A DNA stretch of 64,000 nucleotides from Octopus vulgaris (lineage: Eukaryota), in contig OX597831.1 in NCBI GenBank assembly GCA_951406725.2, positions 8,680,001 to 8,744,000 of the forward strand, written 5' to 3'. The notes under the pieces are model-generated. The model made no database searches and had not been told where the DNA came from. It saw only the letters and a program-made list of their open reading frames with translations. Positions 1 through 12,658 of this stretch are shown piece after piece; positions within the stretch are counted from its first letter, which is position 1, and the number at the start of each line of letters is the position of its first letter. Both the position numbers and the translations under genes were made by a program.

Positions 1-184
1 GAAATCACGTGATTTCAAAGCGTTTATTTTAGATGTACAACCATGTACCACATGATTTCAAAGGTGTGTTTTGGGTGTACAGCCATGTAGCACAACGTTT
101 CTTGGTTTACTTTTCAGACAATGGATTCTGAGTCACATCATAGATTCCTTTCTTCCCGCGCGTGCGCACGTGTTTTAGAATATG

Positions 185-410
185 TTTCTTTACTACCCAC
201 AAGGGGCTAAACATAGAGGGGACAAACAAGGACAGACAAACGGATTAAGTCGATTACATCGACCTCAGTGCGTAACTGGTACTTAATTTATCGACCCCAA
301 AAGGATGAAAAGCAAAGTCGACCTCGGCGGAATTTGAACTCAGAACGTAGCGGCGGACGAAATAGAGCTACGCATTTCGCCCGGTGTGCTAACGTTTCTG
401 CCAGCTCGGC
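185..410 (-). mobile_element. tRNA-derived SINE, family 1 (tail A)
   Basis: Minus strand has A-box-like TGGCAGAAACGTTAG and B-box GAGTTCAAATTCC, then a central CTTTTCATCCTTTTGGGGTCGATAAATTAAGTACCAG domain (Meta-SINE-like from memory) and a tail ending TAAAGAAAC. More than 10 homologous copies occur in the window. Confidence 0.85.
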
Positions 411-889
411 TTTCGTTTTGAGGGACGTTTGGCTTGCTAATTTTAGCAGATCTATTGATGACAAAGAAGCTCTCTTATTAGATCGGGTCACATGATTTTT
501 GGTGTGTTACGTGCTTGAAGTTGTGTAATGTACACTTGTGTGTGTGTGCGTGCGTGTGTATGTGCGCGTGTGTATGGTGTGTGTGCGCACATATACACGT
601 ATCTGCGTATTCTTTCTTTCAGTCAATGGGCTGCGGCCATACTGGAGCATCGTTTTATTTCTGTCTTTGTTTATGTATTATTTACCATTTACACCATTTT
701 TGTAGAATTTTCACTGCTGGAGGTTGGTCTATAATTGCGTTAGTAGCATCTGATCTTCTTGGAGTGCAACCTTATACAGTTGGCTGGTCCGATAGCTTGC
801 TATGCGTGAGCATGTGCGCGCGCGCTCGCGTGTGTGACGGTGAATTTTAATGAAGCCAAGTTTGTCACTATTATTATATACAAAGACTA

Positions 890-990
890 AAGGCGGCGAA
901 CCGGCAGAATGGTTAGTGGCGTTTCGTCCGGCTCCGCGTGTTATGAGTTCAAATATCATCGAGGTCAACTTTGCATTTCATCCTTTCGAG
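890..990 (+). mobile_element. SINE family 1, 5' fragment
   Basis: GGCGGCGAACCGGCAGAATGGTTAG...GAGTTCAAAT...GAGGTCAACTTTGCATTTCATCCTTTCG matches the head and core of other copies. Confidence 0.7.
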
Positions 991-1398
991 TATGGGACAT
1001 TTTAATACAGCCACTGTGACGCCGCTGATTTGGTGTCGCTGCTTTGGCTCATGTGACATCAGACGTTTTAATGTTTCAGGAGATGGAGGTCAGTCGATGC
1101 TACCGACCTCAATATTTCGTACAAAATATACATTCTCAGAAAATATTCTGACTCCACTGACATTCCAGCCCTTAAAACATTCGAAGATAAATATATTTGT
1201 GGGATACAAACGTCACGACCTAGGGGTGGGGAAAGAATGAATAAAATGACAGAAGAGCTCCATCAGATTTATACAAAACATTTTGATTAAGCGTTCTCTT
1301 CCCTTCTTTCTATTTTATTTTCTTGTTTTGTTTTGGTTTAACCTTTTACAAATAAGCAAAACTTGATGACGTCATTTTGCTTAGGAAAGAACGCAGCA

Positions 1399-1490
1399 CC
1401 GATTACACAGACCCCAGTACTCAACTGGTACTTATTTCGTCGACTCCGAGAGGACGAAAGGCAAAGTCAACCTCGACGGAATTTGAACTC
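1399..1490 (-). mobile_element. SINE family 1, internal fragment
   Basis: CCCCAGTACTCAACTGGTACTTATTT...GGCAAAGTCAACCTCGACGGAATTTGAACTC is homologous to 255-340. Confidence 0.7.
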
Positions 1491-2261
1491 ATTTAAGATA
1501 ATAGAATACTAGACTAATTTATAAAGATAGGCCAGGCCTACATCGTAACGACGAATAAAACTAGGTCTCCTCTTCCGGACGGAGGACGCAATAACATCGA
1601 TTATAAATAGGTCTCCAGTTTTTGAAAGAAGCTTCATCTTACATGCTCGTTACGTTCACGCAAGAAGCATGCACATCTCAGCATTTCTTTTGCGATTGCC
1701 CCACTTTCTCCTGCCTCATCTTCCCTCCCCACCTAATACTTCGGATTAAATTTGGGGTAAGAAATCAATACCATTAAGTTAAAAACAGGAACTATAGGTG
1801 CTGTGTACTCATAACAAAATCACGACCTACCGCAGCTGCCTTCCTCCTCTCACCATTATTTCTCTGCTGCTCTACCAGAAAACGGTTGTTTTTTTTGGCT
1901 GTTTTTTGTTTTGTTTTGAGCTAAAGTGGTGCAGAAGCAAGGATTAAAAATATCAACACCAACTAGAAGATCTTTCTGGAACAGAAATAATCTAATCAAT
2001 GATTAATCACGAAAAAATCATCGCTTAAAAGGTTGTTGTTGAAAACAACAAAACAAGAGAAAAGATTCACACACAAACAGACGGGGGAGGAATGAGTGAG
2101 AGTGAAACAAGTTGAAATAAAATTGTTAAAATGGGGTTTTGAAATTAGATAAGCGTGTTATTTGTTATGGCGGGGGTGGCTTGCGGTGGGCAAGGGCGGT
2201 TTTGTGTTGTTTGATATAAACGACGTAATGTAGTATAAGAGGCGAAAAATAATAAAATAGA

Positions 2262-2316
<55 letters not shown>

Positions 2317-2442
2317 CACACCAAAAGAATCTAGAGCTGCAACACTCACACATATAAATACATACATACATACATATATATATACACATATACACATACA
2401 CACATACGCATATACACACACACACACATATATACATACACG

Positions 2443-2473
<31 letters not shown>

Positions 2474-3185
2474 GTGCATACATATATACATACACATATG
2501 TTTACATCGAAAGGAGAGCGAAACAAGCTAAAAATAAAAGATAAAAATAGAAAAAAAAACAACTATATGAAAAATAACAACAAAAACAACTACAGCAGCA
2601 ATAAGAAGAATAATGAAAGCACTTGCACAAAAGGATGGATAATATTTTATTTAATGAAACAGGATGAAGCGGAAATTGTCAGCTTGGTGACTTTGTGCAG
2701 GAAACAGTATTATTTATTACTAAAGATGGAACGACAACAAAAATAAAAAAAACAAAAACAAATCACCAACAAAAAACAAAAACAAAGTACATAAAAAGCA
2801 AATAAATAGCAATAAAATAAAACAATTACAAAAATACAGCGAACTGAAAAGAAAAAAAATTGTTCCGTTATTATGTTGTAAGAAAGTATTATAAAAAAGT
2901 TAACAATGGAAAAAATGCTTGATTTTTTTTATTATGTAGATAAAGCCAGTCGGAGACATAGTTTAAAATGTTAGAATGAAACTAAATACAGTAGAAATGT
3001 TGTTGTTTTTGTTGTTGTTGGTGGTGGTTGGGATATTTGGGCCCTCGAGGTCAGCCCTCATCGACGTGACGAATGATCAAAGCCAACAAAGTCTTGACCA
3101 TCGCCTCTTTTCATGGTTGTACATATATAATATCTACACACATATAAAATACATACGCGTATATATGGACACACAAAGAAATATA

Positions 3186-3218
<33 letters not shown>

Positions 3219-3285
3219 TATATATGCATATATACATACATACCTAGACACACACACACGCACACACACACACACACATACACAT

Positions 3286-3316
<31 letters not shown>

Positions 3317-3904
3317 CACTCTCATGCAATCATACATATATATATATATATACATATATGTCTATATAAATACAAACACATATCTGTACATACATACACA
3401 CACACACAAAGACAAACACACACATACATATACATATGTGTGTGTGCGTGCGAACTCGAGTATGTTAGATATGATTTTGCACAAACATATTTTATTCTAC
3501 ATTGCTTCGTCTCACTGTATACATACACACATACACACATATACATAAGTGTGTGTGGGTTCCCGAAAAAACAGACAATAATAAACAAGTATAACAAAAG
3601 CGACGTCAACGATACTAACAGAAACAATAATAAAAATCATCGCAGAAGCCCAAGCATAAAATAATGGTTAATATTTCATTTGGTGAAAGAGGTTGAAGAG
3701 GCAATTGTCAACGAATGACTGTGGACAGGAACCGATATTATTTATTACTAAAGATAAACAACAACAACAACAACAACAACAATAAAAGAAGCATATACAT
3801 ACACATATCCGTACATCTATACATATGTATGTGTATATATACGTACATACATATGTATATATGTATATACACACGCGCTCACACCTCTGTATATATGTAT
3901 GTCA

Positions 3905-4334
3905 TTGTTCAGTTTTATTTGAAGATTTCTTGACAATAGAGAAAGAGCCGGTTTCTAACCTAGATTCAAGGCTCCTTCATTGGAATTTCAAAAGCAATAA
4001 TAGAGTATTTTTGTTTGGTTGTATGTATGTATGTATGTATGTATGTATGTGCAGATATGTATGTTTTGCTTTATGTATGTATTCTCATGCAAATATGTGC
4101 ATATGTACACATGCTCGTATATGTTTAAATGATAAATTTCTGGTGAGTTTTACAGATTTTTACAGTTCCAGTGATGGATTGAATCTGTAGTCTTCGAATT
4201 AGTTTTCTCCTTTATGGTTTTGGGAAGCCTAATTTCTCAAGACTGGTATTTAGGCAGTGTGTTACATATCCCAGGGCCCCAATACTTACTGGTATAAACC
4301 TGAACTTGTAATCTGGATAGAGTAACAGCAGATT
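3905..4334 (-). mobile_element. 3' fragment of an RLE-type (R4-like) non-LTR retrotransposon associated with (CATA)n
   Basis: Minus translation LLYPDYKFRFIPVSIGALGYVTHCLNTSLEKLGF has the IPxxIGALG motif of the REase C-terminus. The 3' UTR (TAGGTTAGAAACCGGCTCTTTCTCTATTG) is shared with the copy at 15680-16215. Confidence 0.75.
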
Positions 4335-4337
4335 AAA

Positions 4338-4828
4338 CCGGCGACTAAACCGGCAACCCCACCAAGCTTGCTTGGTGAGGAGGGTGTTTATTGGACACCC
4401 TGCGAGATGAAAAACAAAACCCGTCAAAGGGCGGAGGAACCCTTGAGAGTCAACGGCCATCCAATAAATGTCTTAAGGCTGTATCATGCGCGGGGACATA
4501 GAAATAATCGGACTGAATACTCGATCGCGCGGTTAAACCATTGGGAGTGAAGGACTCCTAGCCTTTGTTAGGGCATCCTTCTAGGAGAAGGTAACTCAGG
4601 TAACTGGCATAACTCCGATATAAAACCTGCGGCTCAGTGGTTACCGATGATGTTGACTTGTTCTTCATTTCGGATTATGGCTGCTGTTGTTTAGTGAGTG
4701 GGATTGACTCAGTGCACAGCCTTTCCTCACTTAAAAAAAAAAATCATCTTGCACAGGCATTGCACGATAGCAACATTGATTAAGCTTCGTGCAATGGCCA
4801 TACTCGATAACGAAGGGGCAGCCACCAT
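4338..4828 (+). mobile_element. Non-autonomous retroposon with (ATGT)n tail, possibly RTE-derived
   Basis: Highly similar to 37366-37840. Ends GCAGCCACC followed by (ATGT)n. No convincing ORF. Confidence 0.65.
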
Positions 4829-4897
4829 GTATGTATGTATGTATGTATGTATGTATGTATGTATGTATGTATGTATGTATGTATGTATGTATGTATG

Positions 4898-4946
<49 letters not shown>

Positions 4947-5127
4947 TACTGTATATGTATATATATATATGAACGTACGCGTGGCTGTGTAGTATGATAT
5001 TTTTCTACGTAGTCACGTGGTTCTGCGTGGTACCTTGGACATGTGTTTTCTACTATAGCCTCGGGCAGAACAAAACTTTGGGAGCGGTTTTGGCAGGCGG
5101 AAAGAGAAAGAAGGCTATCGCATCTCT

Positions 5128-5168
<41 letters not shown>

Positions 5169-5169
5169 G

Positions 5170-5202
<33 letters not shown>

Positions 5203-5434
5203 TATGTATATATAAACATGCAAGGGTTTTGAAACCCTCTTAATTATAATTGTGACTCGTTCATAATCATAAACATTGTTCTATGTATTTTATGATAACA
5301 TGTTTGTCCATTGATGTATTCATAAATAATTGATAGTTGTTTATAATATATCGTCTGTAATGTATTATTACATTACTTTGTAATTATATATGTATATATG
5401 TAGATGTATATGTACATATATATATATATCTGTA

Positions 5435-5870
<436 letters not shown>

Positions 5871-6400
5871 GCATTTATTACTCTATCTAATCCTATATAA
5901 CTCTGTGATAATTGAAATTATTTGACTAAAAATCGTCAACATAATTTTACTTTACAAATTAATGAATAAAAATAGTGAATGAACCTTAAAAATTTAAGGA
6001 ATAAAAATTTAAGGAATAAAAGAGGATAAAAAATACCAATAAAAATGCGAATATAAAATACGAATAAAAATGCGAAATAAAAATAAAAATAATGAACAAA
6101 ACGAATGTTAACTTATCTATTTGTGGTTCCTTGCCGGCGAAAATTAAACATGACAACACGTACATGTAACGTACAATCCACAATGTGCAATCCTCGTTTG
6201 TTCTCGCTTTCTGCTGTAGAACACAGTGCACTGAATGTTATAGCAGAAACAACTGTAACTTACTGAAGTTGGTTTCGTAATTTTTATTTTCTTGTCATTA
6301 TTTTTTTCATATTACGCTCTTTACTCGTCTAAGACTTTATCCTGAAGATTATATATACGAAGTCCTAATATCAGGTATGCCGAAGAGACACCATAAGATG

Positions 6401-6478
<78 letters not shown>

Positions 6479-6594
6479 AATATATATTTATATATACACA
6501 CACACATATGTCGTATATATATATACATATATACACATATATATATATATATATACATATATACATATATATACATATATACATATATATATAC

Positions 6595-6639
<45 letters not shown>

Positions 6640-6923
6640 TATGTATATATTTATACATATATATGTATATATATACATATATATATATATACATATATAT
6701 GTATATGTATATACATATATATATGTATATGTATATACATATATATGTATATATATATACATATAAATGTATATATATATATGTATATGTATATATATGT
6801 ATATATATATATGTATATGTATATATATATGTATATATGTATATGTATATATATGTATATATATGTATATATATGTATATGTATATATATATATGTATAT
6901 ATATATATGTATATATATATATG

Positions 6924-6973
<50 letters not shown>

Positions 6974-7035
6974 CATATATATATAAATACATGTAGGTTT
7001 GTATATGTGTATACATGCAAACGCATACGCGCGCA
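6401..7035. repeat. Compound (CA)n/(TA)n/(TATAC/GTATA) microsatellite
   Basis: About 630 bp of continuous dinucleotide-derived repeat. It is the source of the spurious IY/YT ORFs. Confidence 0.95.
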
Positions 7036-7286
7036 CACATGTATATGTCAGTGTATGACATTCTTAAAAAAGTATTGTCGCCTTGCTGAGATTGTCCATA
7101 TTCCTGACAGTGACATATGTTAATCCCCAACAGAGCTTCCATCAACTTGAATTAGAGGCTTGTGGAATTGCAACCCTCCCCCCCCTCACCCGTTCTATGA
7201 GTACGAATCCAGAAATGTCTGGTTTGCTGAAAAAAAGACAGAAAAAAGCATATTGCTACAAAAAAAGTAATACTGCCAATCATCTT

Positions 7287-7346
<60 letters not shown>

Positions 7347-7394
7347 AATAATGGTGATGATGATGGTGATGATGATAACGATGATGGACTGGCT

Positions 7395-7712
7395 CTCCGT
7401 CGCTTATTACAAGGAGGCTTCCTGTCGATCCGGTCAACAGAACAGTCTGCTCATGAAACTAACGTGCAAGTGACTGAGCCCTCCACGGATACACGGACCC
7501 TCAACGTAGTTCTCGGTGGAGATTCAGCGTGACACGGAATGCGACAAATTTGGCCCTTTGAAATACATGTACAATTCATTTTTGCCAGATGAGTGGACTA
7601 GAATAAGGAGAAATAAAGCGACTTGCTGAAGGACATAATGCGCTGCCGGAAATGGAATTCACAGCCTTACGGTCGTGAGCCGAATTCCCTAACCACTAAG
7701 CCACGTGCCTTC
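7395..7712 (-). mobile_element. tRNA-derived SINE, family 3 (V-SINE-like central domain)
   Basis: Minus strand head GGCACGTGGCTTAGTGGTTAGG. Homologous over its length to 46375-46692. Confidence 0.75.
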
Positions 7713-7780
<68 letters not shown>

Positions 7781-7781
<1 letters not shown>

Positions 7782-8005
7782 TTGGTAGTAATGCCAATAA
7801 TTGTCGTAGGTCTGGGAACAGTGAGTAAAAATCTTGCGAAGTACATGAAACAAATAGGGGCTGCACTTGCAAAAAAACAGCACTGCTTGGAACCGCTCGA
7901 ATACTCCGGATGGTGCTCGAAAAATAAGGGGTGTCATCTTAGTTCATTGGTAGTGAACAGCTGGCACCGTAGTACATCGGCAGCATTAGAAGCTGTGAAA
8001 AGACA
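7781..8005 (+). mobile_element. Dong/R4-like retrotransposon 3' end embedded in (AAT)n
   Basis: VVMPIIVVGLGTVSKNL...(frameshift) KTALLGTARILRMVLEK* matches the C-terminus of the 8084-9892 protein (IPVVIGALG...LMGTAHILRKIL). AAT runs lie on both sides. Confidence 0.8.
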
Positions 8006-8061
<56 letters not shown>

Positions 8062-8063
<2 letters not shown>

Positions 8064-10115
8064 GGATTAGGAAATGCCTTGAAATGTATAAGATAGCACC
8101 AACTCTGCGAAACTTCTTGACTGTAAGTATGAGATCATGGAGAACCACACTAACTCTGAACAGTGACAGTGAATCCCTAAATGCTGGTGATGTAAAAATT
8201 TCGTGTGGCATTTTCCAGGGTGACTCACTGTCACCACTCCTCTTTTGTTTATCCTTAATACCTCTCTCAAAGCTGCTCAATGACGCGCAGTACGGGTATA
8301 AAATGTTTGATAAAAATATAAATCATCTCGTTTACATGGATGATTTAAAGCTTTTTGCAAAAAATGATCAACAACTCAAGGGCTTACTAGCGATAGTCAA
8401 ACAATTCAGTGACGACATCAGAATGCAATTCGGCCTCGATAAATGTGCAAAGGCTACCTTTATCAAAGGAAAAATGACAGAAACATCTAACGTTAACCTT
8501 GACCAACAGAATGTCATAAAAGAACTAGACCCAGCGGAGAGCTACAAGTACCTAGGGATAATTGAAGGGAAAGGAATAAGGCATTCAGAGATGAAGGAAA
8601 GGATCAGGAGAGAATGCTATCGAAGAGTGAGAGCAATACTCAAGACAGAGCTGAATGCAAGAAACAGGATCGAAGCAATCAATGCATTAGCTATACCAGT
8701 CGTGACTTACAGTTTCAATATTGTTAACTGGTCAATTACTGAAATATGTCAGCTCGACAGAAAAATAAGGAAACTGTTGACAATGCATAGAATGCACCAC
8801 CCTAAGGCAGATACAGAACGACTCTATCTGCCAAGAAAAGAGGGAGGCCGTGGTCTTTTGCAACTGGCAATAACAATGAAGATTGCTACAATTGGCCTAG
8901 ACACCTACCTGAAAAACTCTGAGGACTGGATGCTAAAACTTGTCTCAAAACATGAAAACAAGAAAGCATCATACTCAGTCACAAAACAGGCAAAGGAATA
9001 TCTAAGTGAATTCCGAATACAACCAATTTCGGAATTAGAGATAGATATACAAGAAACAAGCACAGAAAAAGCTAGGCGCATGAAAACCCGTGCCAAAACT
9101 GCGGCCTTAGATATTCTGAATAATAAATGGCAAGAAAAACCTCTCTATGGCAAATACCCAAAGAGAGCGAATAATGCAGATATCGACAAAGCCCTGACCC
9201 ATCAATGGCTAATGGCCTCTGGCTTAAAATCTGAAACAGAGGGGTTTATCATAGCAGCTCAAGATCAATGCCTACCAACAAGAAACTACCAGGCCAACAT
9301 ATTAAAGATCAGAAGCAGTCCAACGTGTCGTGTATGCAAGCAACAAAATGAAACCATTGACCATGTGGTCTCCAAGTGCAGTCTTCTAGCGCCTACAGAG
9401 TATCTCAACAGGCACGATAGAGCTGCACAATATATTCACTGGGTAATCTGTAAAAACCTGGATTTGCCCCATGAAAAAAACTGGTGGGAACACAAACCAC
9501 CCCCAGTGCTTGAAAATGACCACATCTCACTCCTCTGGAACTTCACCATTCAAACTGACAGGAAGATAGATGCAAATAGGCCAGACATCATATTGAAAAA
9601 CTTCAAACAAAGAACATGCCTCCTCATTGATATGACTGTCCCAATCGATATAAACGTATCTGTCAAGACCTACCAAAAACTGAGCAAATATAAAGATCTT
9701 GAAATAGAAATCAGCAAAATGTGGAAGCTGAAGACTAAAACAATACCTGTTGTCATAGGTGCCCTGGGAATGATAGCAAAAGGGGCTGATAGCTACCTAA
9801 CTCAGATACCAGGAAACCCAAAAATGGCAGAAGTTCAAAAGATAGTGCTCATGGGAACTGCTCATATCCTACGCAAAATACTCTCTATGTAATCTCAAGG
9901 TTTAAAACAAACATAATTTTCGGTTTAAAAAAAAACAAAAAAAAACAACCTTTTTCTTTTCTTTTTAGACATTCATTAGTACAACATCCCCACCCCCCAA
10001 ATATATGGCACACTAGGCATAACAACAACATGAACTTCCAACCCTGTTGTCTCTTGAGGTCTCTGGGTGAGACTTGGAGCCAACTTGTACAAATATAAAG
10101 CAAAAGTCAAACATA

Positions 10116-10116
<1 letters not shown>
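8062..10116 (+). mobile_element. 5'-truncated Dong/R4-clade non-LTR retrotransposon inserted in (AAT)n
   Basis: Begins mid-RT (WIRKCLEMYKI) right after an AAT run. The ORF ends at 9892 and is followed by a ~220-bp 3' UTR, then (AAT)n. TAA-repeat targeting is known for Dong elements. Confidence 0.92.
8084..9892 (+). CDS. Partial reverse transcriptase / CCHC zinc knuckle / restriction-like endonuclease of the Dong-like element
   Basis: RT motifs GIFQGDSLSPLLF, HLVYMDDLKLF, YKYLG and GGRGL; CRVC-x7-H-x4-C knuckle; RHD; REase RPDII..IDMTVP..KLSKYKDL. The frame is open from 8063, so the listed Met is internal. Confidence 0.92.
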   Translation: MYKIAPTLRNFLTVSMRSWRTTLTLNSDSESLNAGDVKISCGIFQGDSLSPLLFCLSLIPLSKLLNDAQYGYKMFDKNINHLVYMDDLKLFAKNDQQLKGLLAIVKQFSDDIRMQFGLDKCAKATFIKGKMTETSNVNLDQQNVIKELDPAESYKYLGIIEGKGIRHSEMKERIRRECYRRVRAILKTELNARNRIEAINALAIPVVTYSFNIVNWSITEICQLDRKIRKLLTMHRMHHPKADTERLYLPRKEGGRGLLQLAITMKIATIGLDTYLKNSEDWMLKLVSKHENKKASYSVTKQAKEYLSEFRIQPISELEIDIQETSTEKARRMKTRAKTAALDILNNKWQEKPLYGKYPKRANNADIDKALTHQWLMASGLKSETEGFIIAAQDQCLPTRNYQANILKIRSSPTCRVCKQQNETIDHVVSKCSLLAPTEYLNRHDRAAQYIHWVICKNLDLPHEKNWWEHKPPPVLENDHISLLWNFTIQTDRKIDANRPDIILKNFKQRTCLLIDMTVPIDINVSVKTYQKLSKYKDLEIEISKMWKLKTKTIPVVIGALGMIAKGADSYLTQIPGNPKMAEVQKIVLMGTAHILRKILSM

Positions 10117-10175
<59 letters not shown>

Positions 10176-10179
10176 CTAA

Positions 10180-10722
10180 TAATAAATGCACTGATGCAGT
10201 ACCAGACACTGGCTCTGATCTTATAGGATTGGAAGTGTTATCATGTACATTGTTTTGTTTTTGTATAAAAGATACGCTACAGCAAATATTCTGCTCAATA
10301 CCACAGATTTGCTTGTCAGTTGTTCGACCATAACCAGTTGAGCATGTCCCTTAATGGTTGACGGTATGTGCAACTCTGATTACGAGCAGAAGTAGTAGGA
10401 GAGCATCATAGCCGTGTGTTGAAGGGGATTCTTTGGGGTTTGAATAATTCACCTGTAGAAACATAGGTGTTTCGTTCATCATCCTTTAAACAAACCTTAT
10501 TCAGAGACCTTTTGAGCGGGATGGCTTACTCGACCCGAAGAAAATTCTAACTGCAAGGTCATGCGATGTTTATCTTGATATGAAATCACTATGTCGCGCA
10601 CACATGGTTGTGATGCATGTGCCTGGTGTACCCTTATCAGACAGGTAGTCATGATGGGTATATTGAGAATCATATATTTGTACCCTAGTATCACTTTGAT
10701 GGCATACACTGCTCTCTCACTC
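10180..10722 (+). mobile_element. Non-coding element flanked by (AAT)n, probably non-autonomous and Dong-mobilised
   Basis: AAT runs on both sides. The 3' end CACTTTGATGGCATACACTGCTCTCTCACTCAATAATAA recurs on the minus strand at 60108-60170. Confidence 0.6.
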
Positions 10723-10789
<67 letters not shown>

Positions 10790-10805
10790 GTAATAATAAT
10801 AATAA

Positions 10806-10990
10806 TCCTTTCTACTTTAGGCACAAGTCCTGAAATTTTGGGGTGGGGGATAAGTCGATTTCATCGACCCCAGTGCGTAATTGGTACTTAATTTATCGAC
10901 CTTGAAAGGATGAAAAGTAAAATCGACCCCGAATGCACTTCAACTCAGAACGTGAAGCATTTCGCTCGGCGTGTTACCGATTCTGCCATC
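10806..10990 (-). mobile_element. SINE family 1 (tail B)
   Basis: Core CCCAGTGCGTAATTGGTACTTAATTTATCGAC; tail B CTTTCTACTTTAGGCACAAG abuts (AAT)n. Confidence 0.75.
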
Positions 10991-11017
10991 TCAATTCAAA
11001 AATAATAATAATAATAA

Positions 11018-11232
11018 TCTTTCTAATATAGGCACAGGGTCCGAAATTTGGTGGGAGGGGACCAGTCGATTAAATCGACCACAGTGTTTCACTGGTATTT
11101 AATTTATCGACCCTGAAAGGATGAAGGCAATGTTGACCTCGGTGGAATTTGAACACAGAACGTAAAAACGGACGAAATGCCGCTAAGCATTTCGTCCGGC
11201 GTGCTAATGATTCTACCTGCTCGCCGCCGCCT
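11018..11232 (-). mobile_element. SINE family 1 (tail B)
   Basis: Full head to tail: GGCGGCGAGCAGG...GTGTTCAAATTCC...core...TAGAAAGATTATTATT. Confidence 0.8.
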
Positions 11233-11427
11233 CCGGCTTTTATGTCAATGAGATAAAACTGTTCCATCCACTCTTCCTGTTTGATATTCCTCCATGCGAC
11301 ATTGCCTCTGTTCAGTGAGAGCAGAAACGTCATTTGAAAAACCGTCGTAATGAGGTAACCTTTAGCTGTTGGCTCGACCACAGAAATTGCAACTGAATTA
11401 CCTACCTTACAGAAAAGAAACGACAAA

Positions 11428-11830
11428 GGAATGGCTGTATGGTAAGTAGCTTGTCTACCAACCGTATGGTTCCGGGTTCAGTCCCACTGCGTGGCACCTT
11501 GGGTAAGTGTCTTCTACTATAGCCTCGGGCCGACCAAAGCCCTGTGAGTGGATTTGGTAGACGGAAACTGAAAGAAGCCCGTCGTATATATGTATATATA
11601 TATATGTGTGTATGCGTGTGTGTGTTTGTGTGTCTGTGTTTGTCCCCTAGCATTGCTTGACAACCGATGCTGGTGTGTTTATGTCCCCGTCACTTAGCGG
11701 TTCGGCAAAAGCGACCGATAGAATAAGTACTGGGCTTACAAATGAATAAGTCGAGTTGCTCGATTAAAGGCGGTGCTCCAGCATGGCCGCAGTCAAATGA
11801 CTGAAACAAGTAAAAGAGTAAAAGAGAGAG
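11428..11830 (+). mobile_element. tRNA-derived SINE, family 2 (CORE-like), full length
   Basis: A-box TGGCTGTATGGT, B-box GGTTCAGTCCC, CACCTTGGGTAAGTGTCTT, internal microsatellite, and 3' CCAGCATGGCCGCAGTC...GAAACAAGTAAAAGAG repeats. Homologous to 32047-32466. Confidence 0.8.
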
Positions 11831-12239
11831 TAATTGATAAAATTTTGAATATGTTTTGCAAGAATTTTGATATGAAACTGTATGTTGAAACAAAATTCTT
11901 ATATTTGGTAAGAGTTTTTAATGAACATAATCTAGAAACATAGTGTACATCCACTTAGACGGCTACAGATTAATGTAGTGAAAACAGACACAACAACCGG
12001 TGAGTGTTTTGAGAAGTTTTTATTAATTATGCGATTAGGAAATATAGTAATTGATAAAGCATTCCTAAATACACTATGGTTGAATAAAAGTTGAGTTGGC
12101 AAACGCAGGAATATCTTTTAATCATGGGTTTACTTGCTCAACGCTGACCTGGGGTTAAACAACAACAGCAGCAACAACAGTTTATTTCAAACAAGTTGTT
12201 AGCTGGAGTCGTACTAGCCAGATGTTCAACATCTCTTAA

Positions 12240-12400
12240 CCTTTATGTTTTACTTGCTTCAGTCATAAAACCGCGGCCATGCTGGAGCATCGTCTCGAAT
12301 GGGGTTAATGGAACAAATCGGCTCCTGTACTTATTCTTTAAAGCGTGGTACTTATTCCATTGGACACCTTTCACTGAACTGCTAAGTTACGGGAACGTAC
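12240..12400 (-). mobile_element. SINE family 2, 3' fragment
   Basis: TTTTACTTGCTTCAGTCA...GCGGCCATGCTGGAGCA is the reverse complement of the family 2 tail. Confidence 0.65.
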
Positions 12401-12420
12401 AGACAAAGTTACATATATAA

Positions 12421-12560
12421 CACCACCGCCGCCGCCACCGCCACTACCTCCACCACCACCACCACCACCACCACCACCACCACCACCACCACTATAATCA
12501 CATCATCCAACTTACACTATTAATACTACTCCACCTCTCCTCTTCCCACTGCTGCTGCTG

Positions 12561-12624
<64 letters not shown>

Positions 12625-12658
12625 AACTACTACTGCTACTACAACAACTACTACTACC
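12421..12658. repeat. Compound trinucleotide repeat (CAC)n/(CTA)n
   Basis: Directly visible. Confidence 0.9.

Noticed and set aside
6-95. Two ~43-bp diverged tandem units as a CRISPR-like or regulatory array
   Set aside because: Only two units with no spacers, at the window edge; an ordinary minisatellite in a eukaryotic context.
185-410. tRNA-like A and B boxes as tRNA genes
   Set aside because: No complete cloverleaf, and they are always attached to a SINE core and tail.
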